Source of the DNA: a virus | Lineage: Duplodnaviria > Heunggongvirae > Uroviricota > Caudoviricetes | DNA: 64,000 bases | Strand: one strand, 5' to 3' | IMG/VR virus record: IMGVR_UViG_3300043410_000565 | Coordinates: 92,236-156,235 of that record | Shown: piece after piece, positions 37,446 through 47,144 of the stretch | Numbering within the stretch: the first letter of the stretch is position 1 | Layout of the letters: each line of letters opens with the position of its first letter | The notes under the pieces: model-generated | The model's database searches: none | What the model saw: the letters and a program-made list of their open reading frames with translations, nothing else | Told to the model about the DNA's origin: nothing | Position numbers and translations under genes: made by a program

Positions 37446-37490
37446 AAAATCGCTTTACTTTAATTCAGAAATAGGGTATAATTAATGTAT
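37446..37490 (+). promoter_or_regulatory. Conserved early promoter P4 (AAATCGCTTTACTTTAATTCAGAAATAGGGTATAATTAATGTATG)
   Basis: -35 TTTACT, 17-bp spacer, -10 TATAAT. The downstream ATG at 37489 lies only 6 nt after -10. Confidence 0.7.
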
Positions 37491-37698
37491 GAAGCTGATA
37501 AAAGAAACTACTGTTTGGAAAGACGTCCCACGTCAACCCAACCATACCTATCTCACAAGCGATAGTATGGACAAGATCTATGCTTACTTCAAGTGGCATA
37601 ATCCGAAAGACTTTGTTATGCTGAAGACACCTTTGCGTATTGACCGACGCTATCGTACCTTCAAAGTGCTCCAATCTGGAATTAAGGATATAAAATGA
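37489..37698 (+). CDS. Small early protein, hypothetical, probably translated from a leaderless mRNA
   Basis: 69 aa. The start codon coincides with the predicted +1 of P4. ATGA overlap with the ligase gene. Confidence 0.5.
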   Translation: MKLIKETTVWKDVPRQPNHTYLTSDSMDKIYAYFKWHNPKDFVMLKTPLRIDRRYRTFKVLQSGIKDIK

Positions 37699-38990
37699 AT
37701 TTGAATGCTTTCTTTGAACAACTTGCCTCCAATGCCTCTCGTAACTATAAGATTGAGCAGCTTGAAGCGAATCGTGATAATGCGACTCTCCGTGAAGTTG
37801 TGCGTCTAGCACTTGACCCTTTCACCCAGTTCTATATCCGCAAGATTCCAAAGTACACTCCAAATACAACTGGCCATGGTGCATCTATCGCATCCATGCT
37901 CCCTGCTTTGTATGAATTGCGTGAACGTATTAAAACTGGCAATGCTGCTATCGAACATCTTAAAAATGTTCTCGAAGCATTGAAAGAAGATGACGCAAAG
38001 GTAATGGAACGAATTATTCAGAAGGATCTAAAATGTGGAGTATCAACGTCAACCGCAAACGCAGTGTGGACTGGCTTGCTGAAAGAATATCCAGTAATGT
38101 TGTGCAGCCAGTTCGAGGAAAAGCTGGTAAACAAAATCAAGTTCCCCGCACTGGTACAACTCAAAATGGACGGCATGCGCTTCAACGCAATCGTTCGGGA
38201 TGGTAAAGTAGAATATCGGAGCCGAAATGGAAAAGAAATCCAACTGTTGGGAAATCTCGACGCTGACTTTATCGCTCTTGCTGGCGACGTTGACTGCGTG
38301 TTTGATGGTGAGTTGCTTGTCACTTCTGATACTGGGATCTTGGATCGCCAGACAGGCAACGGTATTCTGAACAAAGCCAACAAGGGTACAATTACCGCAG
38401 GTGAAGCCTCGCTGGTTCGTGCCACTGTTTGGGATGTTATCCCCTTCTTGTACTTTCAAGATGGTGTATGTAACACTCCCTATGGTACTCGCTTCAATTC
38501 GTTGAACACCCTGATCAACAAGGTTGAGCCTGAGAAGGTTGCTACTGTTAAGAGTTGGGAAGTTGAAGACTACGAAACTGCCAAAGCCTTGTTTGAAGAA
38601 ATGCTTCAACGTGGTGAAGAAGGTATCATTCTGAAAGACAAAGCAGGTATCTGGGAAGACAAGCGTTCTAAGACTCAGATTAAATTCAAGGGTGAACTTG
38701 AATGTGACCTGAAGATTGTTGGCATCGAAGAAGGCACTGGCAAGTATGCTGGTATGCTCGGTGCTATTCAATGCGAATCTTCTGATGGTGTTATTAAGGT
38801 TTCCGTTGGTTCAGGTTTTACTGATGCTCAACGCAAGTCCCTTGGTAAAGAAATCATCGGTAAGGTAGCAGCGGTCAAGTACAACATGCGTATCAGTAAC
38901 CGAGCAGGTGAAGAGTCGTTGTTCTTGCCTATCGTTTTGGAAATTCGTTTTGATAAGGATGAAGCAGATGCCAGCACTCAGATTAAATGA
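37695..38990 (+). CDS. 30: ATP-dependent DNA ligase (gp30-like)
   Basis: Motif I QLKMDGMRF (KxDG), motif V IEGIILK-like (EGIILKDK) and an OB domain. 431 aa. Confidence 0.85.
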   Translation: MNLNAFFEQLASNASRNYKIEQLEANRDNATLREVVRLALDPFTQFYIRKIPKYTPNTTGHGASIASMLPALYELRERIKTGNAAIEHLKNVLEALKEDDAKVMERIIQKDLKCGVSTSTANAVWTGLLKEYPVMLCSQFEEKLVNKIKFPALVQLKMDGMRFNAIVRDGKVEYRSRNGKEIQLLGNLDADFIALAGDVDCVFDGELLVTSDTGILDRQTGNGILNKANKGTITAGEASLVRATVWDVIPFLYFQDGVCNTPYGTRFNSLNTLINKVEPEKVATVKSWEVEDYETAKALFEEMLQRGEEGIILKDKAGIWEDKRSKTQIKFKGELECDLKIVGIEEGTGKYAGMLGAIQCESSDGVIKVSVGSGFTDAQRKSLGKEIIGKVAAVKYNMRISNRAGEESLFLPIVLEIRFDKDEADASTQIK

Positions 38991-39006
38991 TCGTCGTAAA
39001 TTCGAT

Positions 39007-39165
39007 ATGAACAATGAGAAAGATGTAGAGATCTACAAACACTTTCTCATGAACAATGACTGGAAGCATGTAGGGAGTTGCCCCTTTGAACTGGAGTATC
39101 CTTACAATAGCGTTCCAGACATGATTAAAGATAAATTGGTAAGAAAGTTTTTAGGTGTAAAATGA
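39007..39165 (+). CDS. Small hypothetical protein. The start is ambiguous: ATG 38968 or 39007.
   Basis: In-frame ORF ending in a TGA that overlaps the next ATG (ATGA). Confidence 0.35.
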   Translation: MNNEKDVEIYKHFLMNNDWKHVGSCPFELEYPYNSVPDMIKDKLVRKFLGVK

Positions 39166-39632
39166 ACAAGATGTACGTGTTGGTTGGTGTTCCTGGTTCT
39201 GGTAAGTCCACTTGGGTGGCTAATCAGAAGTGGGCGAAAGGTATGCCTATTGTATCCACTGACCGATTCGTGGATGCTTATGCAGAACAAGAAGGTAAAA
39301 CATACTCAGAAGTCTTTCAAGAGTATATGCCTATTGCCGTGAAGTTGATGGCTAACCAAGTCTTGATTTGTCAAGCGAACAAAAAAGATTTGATTTGGGA
39401 TCAAACTTCAACTACAATAGAAACACGTGCCAAGAAATTGCGCATGTTACCTGACTACTACAAAATTGCAGTTGTGTTTAAGACACCACCAACTGCTGAG
39501 TTACAGAAGCGTTTGGCTTCTCGCCCAGGAAAGAATGTCCCATGGGATGTTGTGTCTAAGATGGCTTCTCAATTAGAAGCTGAGCCACCTTCTTTGGAAG
39601 AAGGTTTTGATGAGATTTGGTATGCGGAGTAA
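39162..39632 (+). CDS. P-loop kinase, polynucleotide-kinase-like (kinase domain only)
   Basis: Walker A VGVPGSGKSTW, which resembles the T4 Pnk N-terminal kinase domain. 156 aa. Confidence 0.6.
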   Translation: MNKMYVLVGVPGSGKSTWVANQKWAKGMPIVSTDRFVDAYAEQEGKTYSEVFQEYMPIAVKLMANQVLICQANKKDLIWDQTSTTIETRAKKLRMLPDYYKIAVVFKTPPTAELQKRLASRPGKNVPWDVVSKMASQLEAEPPSLEEGFDEIWYAE

Positions 39633-39634
39633 TT

Positions 39635-40171
39635 ATGTCTGAAGTTGAAAAACACGATGCTTTTATTAAGCGTCTAGAAGAAATCTATCCACGAGCAATG
39701 CGCAATGTGTATTGCGGTGTATCCATCAACGAAGGTTGGTATCATATCACCGCATTGCTCCTGAATCAAATGTACAACCACGTTGCTGCAAAACGTCGCC
39801 GTCGAGCGCATGATCTTATGTTGAATCGTGCCATCAAGAAAGGTTATGATGCCACGCTAAAGATTATCGCTGGTGATAAAGAGCCAAGCCAATATATGAT
39901 TGAACGTGCTCAAGAGTATGTGGAAAATGGTCCATATGAACCTGAGCCATATGTTCACCACATTGAGGTTCATCAGATCAAAGAGAAGTTCGGTGGACTC
40001 CGTTTCTACTTTGAAGGTGGTGATGATTACTGTCGTGGTCTAGAAACAATGGCTGAGATTTGGGCTGGACGTACATGTGAAGTTTGTGGTGAAACTGGTC
40101 GCCAACGTTCTGGTGGTTGGGTTCGTACCTTGTGTGATACACACGAAGCTGAATATCAAAAGAGAAAATAA
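39635..40171 (+). CDS. Hypothetical protein with a C-terminal zinc ribbon
   Basis: CEVCGETG...LCDTHEAEY CxxC...CxxH motif. TAATTATG junction. Confidence 0.5.
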   Translation: MSEVEKHDAFIKRLEEIYPRAMRNVYCGVSINEGWYHITALLLNQMYNHVAAKRRRRAHDLMLNRAIKKGYDATLKIIAGDKEPSQYMIERAQEYVENGPYEPEPYVHHIEVHQIKEKFGGLRFYFEGGDDYCRGLETMAEIWAGRTCEVCGETGRQRSGGWVRTLCDTHEAEYQKRK

Positions 40172-40506
40172 TGCGTGAATATAATCCTGACCGTTGGGTC
40201 ATGTTGAAGTTTAACCACAACGGTGAAGTGATTTATAAGATCCTCGGTTCGTGGTATGGTGGTTATGCCCGTGGTGACAGCTGGAAGCTGAACAGCGGTG
40301 TAACCAAGATTGAAGAAGACGGACAGACTTTTCTGTTCCATGGTTCAAGTGGTAGCGTGTATCGTTGCCATAAGAACGGGTATGGTATGAGTGGTTACAC
40401 CTCTGGTGTTTACGCTAGTTTCCAGAAGGAAGTCAGCGAAGCTGAGGGTGTGACGCTTGAGTTGCTGCCTGAAGAAACTAATTTTATGGAGATTCATTAT
40501 GAGTAA
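40171..40506 (+). CDS. Hypothetical protein
   Basis: 111-aa ORF in the operon. TAATG junction. Confidence 0.5.
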   Translation: MREYNPDRWVMLKFNHNGEVIYKILGSWYGGYARGDSWKLNSGVTKIEEDGQTFLFHGSSGSVYRCHKNGYGMSGYTSGVYASFQKEVSEAEGVTLELLPEETNFMEIHYE

Positions 40507-40942
40507 GTCGTGGATATTAGAAGTTCAAGAGACTCCAATTGGCGAACAGTTTATTGCTTTCCCTGATGAAGCAATTGCTGAACTCGGTTGGCGAGACGGT
40601 GATACTATTGAGTGGTTGGATAACGGTGATGGTTCTTGGACTATCAAAAAGAAAGAACCAAAGGTTTGGGTTATGGTTGAAGCCATCCAATCTTTCCGTA
40701 TGCGCTACATGGTAGAAGTTCCTGCTGACCATCCAGAGTATGCTTTGGATACAGTCACAATGCAAGAGGCTAAAGAGTTCTCTCAATACGCACTTCCTGA
40801 GGTTATTAATTCTCATCGAGTAATGACTGAAGATAAAGCACTTGAGCTTTGTGATATTGATAATGATTATACTAGGTCTTGGAATAAAGAACAAAAGATC
40901 AAAGCGTTCTTTACCAAAGACGGTGAAAAGGTAGACCGATAA
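40499..40942 (+). CDS. Hypothetical protein. ATG 40499 is preferred.
   Basis: 147-aa ORF. ATGA-type overlaps at both ends. Confidence 0.5.
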   Translation: MSKSWILEVQETPIGEQFIAFPDEAIAELGWRDGDTIEWLDNGDGSWTIKKKEPKVWVMVEAIQSFRMRYMVEVPADHPEYALDTVTMQEAKEFSQYALPEVINSHRVMTEDKALELCDIDNDYTRSWNKEQKIKAFFTKDGEKVDR

Positions 40943-41502
40943 TGTTTATGTTCGACGTTGAAACCCTCGGAGTTGATTCCAACTCCGTGGTACTATCTGC
41001 TGGTCTCATCTACTTTGAAGGTGGTGAGACTTATCAAGAACTGCTAGACAAAGCATGCTTTGTAAAGTTCAAAGCCAAAGAACAGATCGCTGCTAAACGT
41101 GTAGTTGACCTTGGTACTCTTGAGTGGTGGAAGAACCAACATGAGTATGTTCGTGGTTGCGCTCTTGAACCTTCCCCTGATGACCTTACAGTTGAGCAAG
41201 GGTTTACAATCTTGCATAACTACATGAACAAGGTTCCAAATGCTCAAAAGAAAACTATGTGGGCACGTGGTTCTCTCGATCAAATTGTAATTGATCACTT
41301 GGCAAAGAAATTTGACTGCCAACCAATTACAGGGTATAATATGTGGAGAGATGTAAGAACGGCTGTTGATATTTTATACGGTACAACTAATGGTTATGTT
41401 GAGGTTGATAAACCTGACTTCCAACGTGCTGCTGTAATCAAACACCACCCCGTTCATGATTGCGCTCTCGATATTATGCAATTAATGTATGGAAAAAGTT
41501 AA
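40942..41502 (+). CDS. dexA: DnaQ-like 3'-5' exonuclease (DexA-like)
   Basis: N-terminal Exo I motif MFMFDVETLG resembles T4 DexA MFDFIIDFETMG. Downstream H..D motif HHPVHD. Confidence 0.6.
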   Translation: MFMFDVETLGVDSNSVVLSAGLIYFEGGETYQELLDKACFVKFKAKEQIAAKRVVDLGTLEWWKNQHEYVRGCALEPSPDDLTVEQGFTILHNYMNKVPNAQKKTMWARGSLDQIVIDHLAKKFDCQPITGYNMWRDVRTAVDILYGTTNGYVEVDKPDFQRAAVIKHHPVHDCALDIMQLMYGKS

Positions 41503-41641
41503 TCAATATGGTATCCCGCTCCACGCTTGTAATGGTTATCGTCACGATGAGCATTGGTGGACTTGGGCTAAGTGGGTAACAGAAAACTGTGAACGACTTG
41601 GTACTGACGGAACCAAAGTATATTATAAGAGAAAGTCTTAA
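41489..41641 (+). CDS. Small ORF (50 aa) not in the ORF track, possibly a Cys/His metal-binding peptide
   Basis: ATG 41489 to a TAA that overlaps the gp43 ATG (TAATG). Sequence MEKVNQYGIPLHACNGYRHDEHWWTWAKWVTENCERLG. Confidence 0.35.
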   Translation: MEKVNQYGIPLHACNGYRHDEHWWTWAKWVTENCERLGTDGTKVYYKRKS

Positions 41642-44127
41642 TGGAATTTTACACAAACGTGCAAGTCGCTGGTGACAAAATCCTAGTTCGTGGTTACGAA
41701 CATGGACGACCTTACCAGCGACGCATTGATTTTATGCCAACGCTTTTTGTTAATTCAAAAGGTAGATCTAAATGGCAGACTCTGGACGGCACTTACGTTG
41801 ATGAAGTGCAGCCAGGGAGCATTCGTGAGTCGCGTGACTTCATGAAGCGTTACGATGGAGTGCAAGGCTTCAACGTTTATGGTCAGACCAACTACGGTCT
41901 TCAATACATCAGTGATACATACGACTATGATATCAACTGGGATATGGAACAAATCAAAGTCTTTACGATCGACATCGAAACTAAGACTGAAGAAGGCTTC
42001 CCTAACATTGTCACAGCCAACGAAGAAATTACTTTGATCACGGTTAAAGACCTAGCATCAAAGCGCATCATCACTTTCGGTGTTGGTCCTTTCGTTCATA
42101 ATCGTGATGATTTAGTTTACTGTAACTGCGCTTCAGAGCAACACTTGCTAAAAGAGTTTATCATCTGGTGGCAACAGAACTATCCTGACATCATCACGGG
42201 GTGGAATACTGACTTCTTCGACGTACCATATTTGATTCGTCGAATGATTCGTGAGCTTGGCGAGGCACTTGCCAAAAAGATTTCACCATGGGGTATGATT
42301 ACTGAACGCAAAACATTCATCAAAGGTAATGAAGAAATTCATTATGATATTTCTGGTATTGCTCAGCTTGACTATCTCGAGTTGTACAAAAAATATACTT
42401 ACTCCAAGCAAGAGTCCTACCGTTTGGATTACATTGCAGAGCAGGAACTAGGCGACAAGAAGAAGGAGAATCCTGGCGATACTTTCCGTGACTTCTATAC
42501 AAACCACTGGCAACAGTTCGTGGAATACAACATCCATGACGTTGAACTGGTTGATAAGTTAGAAGATAAGATGCGTCTAATCGAACTTCACTTGACCATG
42601 GCTTATCAAGCCAAGATTAATTATGAAGATGTTTACTCGCAAGTTCGTATGTGGGATGCGATTATCTACAATCACCTTCGTAAGAAGAACATTGTTATCC
42701 CGATGAAGGAACACAGCGGTAAGTCTGAACAGTTCGAGGGTGCTTTCGTTAAAGACGTTCAAGTTGGTTTACATAAGTGGGTTGTGTCTTTTGACTTGAA
42801 CTCTCTGTATCCTCACTTGATCATGCAATACAATATCTCTCCTGAGACTTTGTCTCACGAGAAACTCCCAGTCACGGTTGACAAACTGTTGGCTAAAGAA
42901 ATTGATACATCACACGCACACAAACGTGATATGACCGTGACTGCGAACGGCTGGTGCTATCGTAAAGACATCAAAGGGTTTATGCCTGAGTTGATGGAAA
43001 CGATGTATGCTAACCGTTCAAAGTTCAAGAAGCAGATGCTTGGTGTTCAACAAAAGTACGAACACGACAAAGGTAATAACGACCTGCGTAAAGAAATCAG
43101 CCGACTGAATAACCTTCAGATGGCTATGAAGATTGCTTTGAACTCTGCTTACGGTGCCATGGGTAACCAGTATTTCCGATACTTCGATATTCGTATGGCT
43201 GAAGGTATTACGACTTCTGGTCAGCTTTCCATTCAATGGATGGCTAACGAGTTCAACCGATACCTGAACAAGATCCTGAAGACTGATAACAAAGACTTCG
43301 TTATTGCCATTGATACTGACTCAATCTATCTGACTTTGGAAGACTTGGTTGAACACTTCGCTGGCGATAAAGATACCGATGGTAAGATCAAATACATGGA
43401 CAAGGTTTGCGAGGAAATCTTCCAACCGTTCATTGATAACACTTACCAGAAACTCGCCGAGTACATGAACGCTTATTCTCAGAAGATGATTATGAAGCGT
43501 GAAGTTTTGGCTGACAAAGGTATCTGGATTGCCAAGAAGAACTATGTGCTTAACGTGCATAACTCTGAAGGTGTTCAGTATGCAACTCCAAAGCAAAAGG
43601 TTCTTGGTTTGGCCATGGTTCGTTCTTCGACTCCAGCCGTCATTCGTAAAGAACTAAAGAAGTCCATCAACGTTATTCTAGATGGTAGCGAGAAGGTTGT
43701 ACAGAAGTATATCGCAGACTACAAGAATGAGTTCTTGACATACCCTGTTGAAGCTATTGCTTTTCCACGAGGTGTGTCTGGTTTGAAGCAGTATGCTGGG
43801 TCTCCGATCTATCAGAAGGGTTGTCCGATTGCTGTCCGTGCGGCACTACTATATAATCACTACGTTAAGAAATTTGGTATTGACAAGAAATATCCATTGA
43901 TTCGTGAGGGTGACAAGATTAAATTCGTTTATCTAAGAACACCAAACCCATTTCACGAAAACGTCATTGCCTTCCTGCAAGAACTTCCAAAAGAGTTCAA
44001 GCTGGATTCTTTCATAGACTACGACACACAATTTGACAAGACATTTGTAGAACCATTAAAAACAATTATTGAACCGTTGAACTGGCGTGCTGAGGAAACA
44101 GCATCCCTTGAAGACTTCTTCGGATAA
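41641..44127 (+). CDS. 43: DNA polymerase gp43 (family B)
   Basis: Exo motifs FDIET and YNIHDV, pol motif A DLNSLYP, motif C IAIDTDSIY, KKNY motif. 828 aa. Confidence 0.92.
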   Translation: MEFYTNVQVAGDKILVRGYEHGRPYQRRIDFMPTLFVNSKGRSKWQTLDGTYVDEVQPGSIRESRDFMKRYDGVQGFNVYGQTNYGLQYISDTYDYDINWDMEQIKVFTIDIETKTEEGFPNIVTANEEITLITVKDLASKRIITFGVGPFVHNRDDLVYCNCASEQHLLKEFIIWWQQNYPDIITGWNTDFFDVPYLIRRMIRELGEALAKKISPWGMITERKTFIKGNEEIHYDISGIAQLDYLELYKKYTYSKQESYRLDYIAEQELGDKKKENPGDTFRDFYTNHWQQFVEYNIHDVELVDKLEDKMRLIELHLTMAYQAKINYEDVYSQVRMWDAIIYNHLRKKNIVIPMKEHSGKSEQFEGAFVKDVQVGLHKWVVSFDLNSLYPHLIMQYNISPETLSHEKLPVTVDKLLAKEIDTSHAHKRDMTVTANGWCYRKDIKGFMPELMETMYANRSKFKKQMLGVQQKYEHDKGNNDLRKEISRLNNLQMAMKIALNSAYGAMGNQYFRYFDIRMAEGITTSGQLSIQWMANEFNRYLNKILKTDNKDFVIAIDTDSIYLTLEDLVEHFAGDKDTDGKIKYMDKVCEEIFQPFIDNTYQKLAEYMNAYSQKMIMKREVLADKGIWIAKKNYVLNVHNSEGVQYATPKQKVLGLAMVRSSTPAVIRKELKKSINVILDGSEKVVQKYIADYKNEFLTYPVEAIAFPRGVSGLKQYAGSPIYQKGCPIAVRAALLYNHYVKKFGIDKKYPLIREGDKIKFVYLRTPNPFHENVIAFLQELPKEFKLDSFIDYDTQFDKTFVEPLKTIIEPLNWRAEETASLEDFFG

Positions 44128-44143
44128 GACACAAAGGACAAAT

Positions 44144-44392
44144 ATGAAACTATTAAAATTCCACGCAACATGGTGCCAACCATGTAAAATGTTAAGCAAG
44201 GTTATGGAAGACGTTGACCTTGGCGTACCAGTCGAGAACGTGGACATCGACGAAAATATGGAACTAGCCAAGAAGTATGGTGTACGTGGTGTACCAATGC
44301 TTGCGTTAGTTGAAGACGATGGTACTGTCGTCCGCACTAGAAGCGGTATGATGATGGAAGCCGAATTAGTTAAATTCGTGAAAGGTGAATAA
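44144..44392 (+). CDS. Thioredoxin. ATG 44144 behind AAGGA is preferred over the ORF-track extension into gp43.
   Basis: Active site FHATWCQPCKML (WCxPC). 83 aa. Confidence 0.75.
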   Translation: MKLLKFHATWCQPCKMLSKVMEDVDLGVPVENVDIDENMELAKKYGVRGVPMLALVEDDGTVVRTRSGMMMEAELVKFVKGE

Positions 44393-45462
44393 TGAGCTTA
44401 CTAGACAAAATCAAAAAGAACTCTACAATCAAGGATACTTCTATCCTTGCTAAATCTAAGTTCTTTACTAAGAAGGACATGGTTCCAACTTCAATCCCAG
44501 TTATCAACGTTGCGTTGTCTGGTCGTTTCGATGGTGGCTTGACCCCAGGACTTACAATGTGGGCTGGTCCATCTAAGCACTTTAAAACTGCCTTCAGCTT
44601 GTTAATGGCTAAAGCATATCAGGACAAGTACGATGACGCTGTTGTTCTTTTCTATGATTCTGAGTTTGGTACTCCTCAGTCCTATTTTGATGCTTTCGGT
44701 ATTGATACTGAACGAGTTGTTCACACACCGATCACAGACATCGAACAATTGAAGTTCGACATTATGCAGCAGATGAATGCAATTGAACGTGGTGAACACG
44801 TTATTGTTATCATCGACTCTATTGGTAACTTGGCTTCTAAGAAAGAAGTTGAAGATGCGTTAGACGGTAAGTCTGTTGCAGATATGTCCCGTGCTAAGCA
44901 GTTGAAGTCGTTATTCCGTATGGTAACACCTCACTTGACTTTGAAAGACATTCCAATGGTAGTTGTTAACCACACCTACAAAGAAATTGGTTTGTATCCT
45001 AAAGACATCGTTGGTGGTGGTACTGGTTCATATTACTCTGCTGATAACATCTACATCTTAGGTCGTCAGCAAGAAAAAGAAGGTACTGAAGTCGTTGGTT
45101 ACAACTTCATTATCAACGTTGAAAAATCTCGTCATGTTAAAGAAAAATCTAAAATTCCTGTCAGTGTATCTTTCGATGGTGGCATTAGCAAGTGGAGCGG
45201 TCTACTTGATCTTGCACTTGAATCCGGACACGTTGTCAAGCCTAGCAATGGTTGGTATTCAAAAGTAGACGTTAGCACTGGTGTCATTGAAGACAAGAAG
45301 TGGCGTATCAAAGATACTGATTCCAAAGAGTTCTGGATGCCTATCTTACAAGATAAAGCGTTCTATGACTTTGTTAAGGACAAGTATTCAATTGGTCAAA
45401 TTGAAATGGTATCTGATGAATCTATCGACAAGGCTCTTTCAGAGTTGGAACACGAAGAATGA
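44392..45462 (+). CDS. uvsX: Recombinase UvsX (RecA-like)
   Basis: Walker A WAGPSKHFKT, RecA-fold loops, and synteny with uvsX-40-41. Confidence 0.9.
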   Translation: MSLLDKIKKNSTIKDTSILAKSKFFTKKDMVPTSIPVINVALSGRFDGGLTPGLTMWAGPSKHFKTAFSLLMAKAYQDKYDDAVVLFYDSEFGTPQSYFDAFGIDTERVVHTPITDIEQLKFDIMQQMNAIERGEHVIVIIDSIGNLASKKEVEDALDGKSVADMSRAKQLKSLFRMVTPHLTLKDIPMVVVNHTYKEIGLYPKDIVGGGTGSYYSADNIYILGRQQEKEGTEVVGYNFIINVEKSRHVKEKSKIPVSVSFDGGISKWSGLLDLALESGHVVKPSNGWYSKVDVSTGVIEDKKWRIKDTDSKEFWMPILQDKAFYDFVKDKYSIGQIEMVSDESIDKALSELEHEE

Positions 45463-45779
45463 TCAGACCATACGAACTCTTGGATGAAGACTTTGAAGGA
45501 AATCAGTTAATTCGCTTGACTTCCAACGAATATTCAGGTATAATTTATACTTATGGTAGAGTTCGTTTGCTTGAAGAAGAAGACCAACTGCGTGTTCAGT
45601 TTGAATATGATATTCAAGAGAACCCAGTTGGTGTTCTTGACCCAAGCAAGTTCAGGAATCACATTGGTGATATCCTGATTGATCTACTCGAAGAAAACCT
45701 ATTAAAGAATAACGTAGTATACACTGGCGGAACTGATGAGAATCGAACAACAAATTCTGAGCAATTTGATTCACAATGA
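45459..45779 (+). CDS. Hypothetical protein, gp40-like by position
   Basis: 106-aa ORF between uvsX and gene 41, as in T4. Confidence 0.4.
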   Translation: MIRPYELLDEDFEGNQLIRLTSNEYSGIIYTYGRVRLLEEEDQLRVQFEYDIQENPVGVLDPSKFRNHIGDILIDLLEENLLKNNVVYTGGTDENRTTNSEQFDSQ

Positions 45780-47133
45780 AAATTATTGTCGTAAGGTAAT
45801 TCCATTCCTAAAGCGTGAGTATTTTTCTGATCGTAAAGAATCGGTGATCATTAATGAGATCGCGGAATTCTTCAACAAATATAACAAACCTCTAACCAAA
45901 GATATCCTAGCAATTGAAGTGAGTAACGCCAAAGGTGTTACTGATAAAGAAGTTGGCGATATCGGTGAATATATTAAAACTCTTTCAGATGCGCCAGTCA
46001 ACGAAGACTGGTTGATGGAATCAACTGAGAAGTTTTGTAAGGATCGCGCAGTTTATCTGGCGATCATGGGTTCAATTAAAATCTTTGAGGGTAAAGACCC
46101 TTTACATAATCAAGATGCTATTCCTTCTCTCTTATCTGATGCTCTTGCCGTGTCTTTTGATAACCACATTGGTCACGACTACCTTGAAGACTTCGCCAAC
46201 CGTTTTGAGTTCTACCACCGTGTCGAGGAGAAGATTCCTTTCGATCTTGACATGTTCAACAAAATCACCAAAGGTGGATTGAGTCGTAAGACTTTGAACA
46301 TCGCACTGGCTGGTACTGGTGTTGGTAAGTCTCTGTTCATGTGTCACGTTGCCGCTGCTGCTTTAAGAGAAGGTAAGAACGCACTGTACATTACTATGGA
46401 AATGGCTGAAGAGCGCATCGCTGAACGTATTGATGCGAACTTGTTGAACCTATCCATGGATGAACTTAAAGTTGTCGATAAGGATATCTTTGAATCCCGT
46501 ATTGAGAAACTTAAGAAGAAGACGCAAGGTAAACTAATCGTCAAAGAATATCCAACTGCTTCTGCGCACTCTGGACACTTCCGTGCTTTGCTTGAAGAAC
46601 TTAAACTCAAGCGTGAGTTTGTTCCAGATATCGTGTTTATAGATTATCTAAATATTTGTTCCTCGCAAAGGATGAAAGCTGGAGCAAACGTAAACTCGTA
46701 TACATTTGTGAAAGCAATCGCAGAAGAGCTTCGTGGATTGGCTGTCGAGTATAATGTACCTATCGTATCAGCAACACAAACGACTCGTTCTGGTTATGCT
46801 AACTCAGACCCAGGACTTGAAGATACTTCAGAATCGTTTGGTTTGCCAGCAACGGCTGACTTTATGTTTGCTTTAGTTTCAAGTGAAGAACTTGAAAATC
46901 TAAATCAGATTATCGTCAAGCAATTGAAGAATCGCTACAACGATCCAAATTATTATAAACGGTTTGTGATTGGTATTGATCGTAGCAAAATGAAATTATA
47001 TGATGTGGAAGCATCTGCGCAAGAAGGTTTAGCGGATTCTGGTCACGTTAAAGATGACAAGCCTCTTTTTGATAAGAGTGGGTTTGGTTCCAGAATGCAA
47101 GCTGAACGTGATTTTAGCGGATTTAAGTTTTAA
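45736..47133 (+). CDS. 41: Replicative DNA helicase gp41 (DnaB family)
   Basis: The N-terminus aligns with T4 gp41. Walker A ALAGTGVGKS, YITMEMAEE. 465 aa. Confidence 0.85.
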   Translation: MRIEQQILSNLIHNENYCRKVIPFLKREYFSDRKESVIINEIAEFFNKYNKPLTKDILAIEVSNAKGVTDKEVGDIGEYIKTLSDAPVNEDWLMESTEKFCKDRAVYLAIMGSIKIFEGKDPLHNQDAIPSLLSDALAVSFDNHIGHDYLEDFANRFEFYHRVEEKIPFDLDMFNKITKGGLSRKTLNIALAGTGVGKSLFMCHVAAAALREGKNALYITMEMAEERIAERIDANLLNLSMDELKVVDKDIFESRIEKLKKKTQGKLIVKEYPTASAHSGHFRALLEELKLKREFVPDIVFIDYLNICSSQRMKAGANVNSYTFVKAIAEELRGLAVEYNVPIVSATQTTRSGYANSDPGLEDTSESFGLPATADFMFALVSSEELENLNQIIVKQLKNRYNDPNYYKRFVIGIDRSKMKLYDVEASAQEGLADSGHVKDDKPLFDKSGFGSRMQAERDFSGFKF

Positions 47134-47144
47134 GGAGAAACGAA

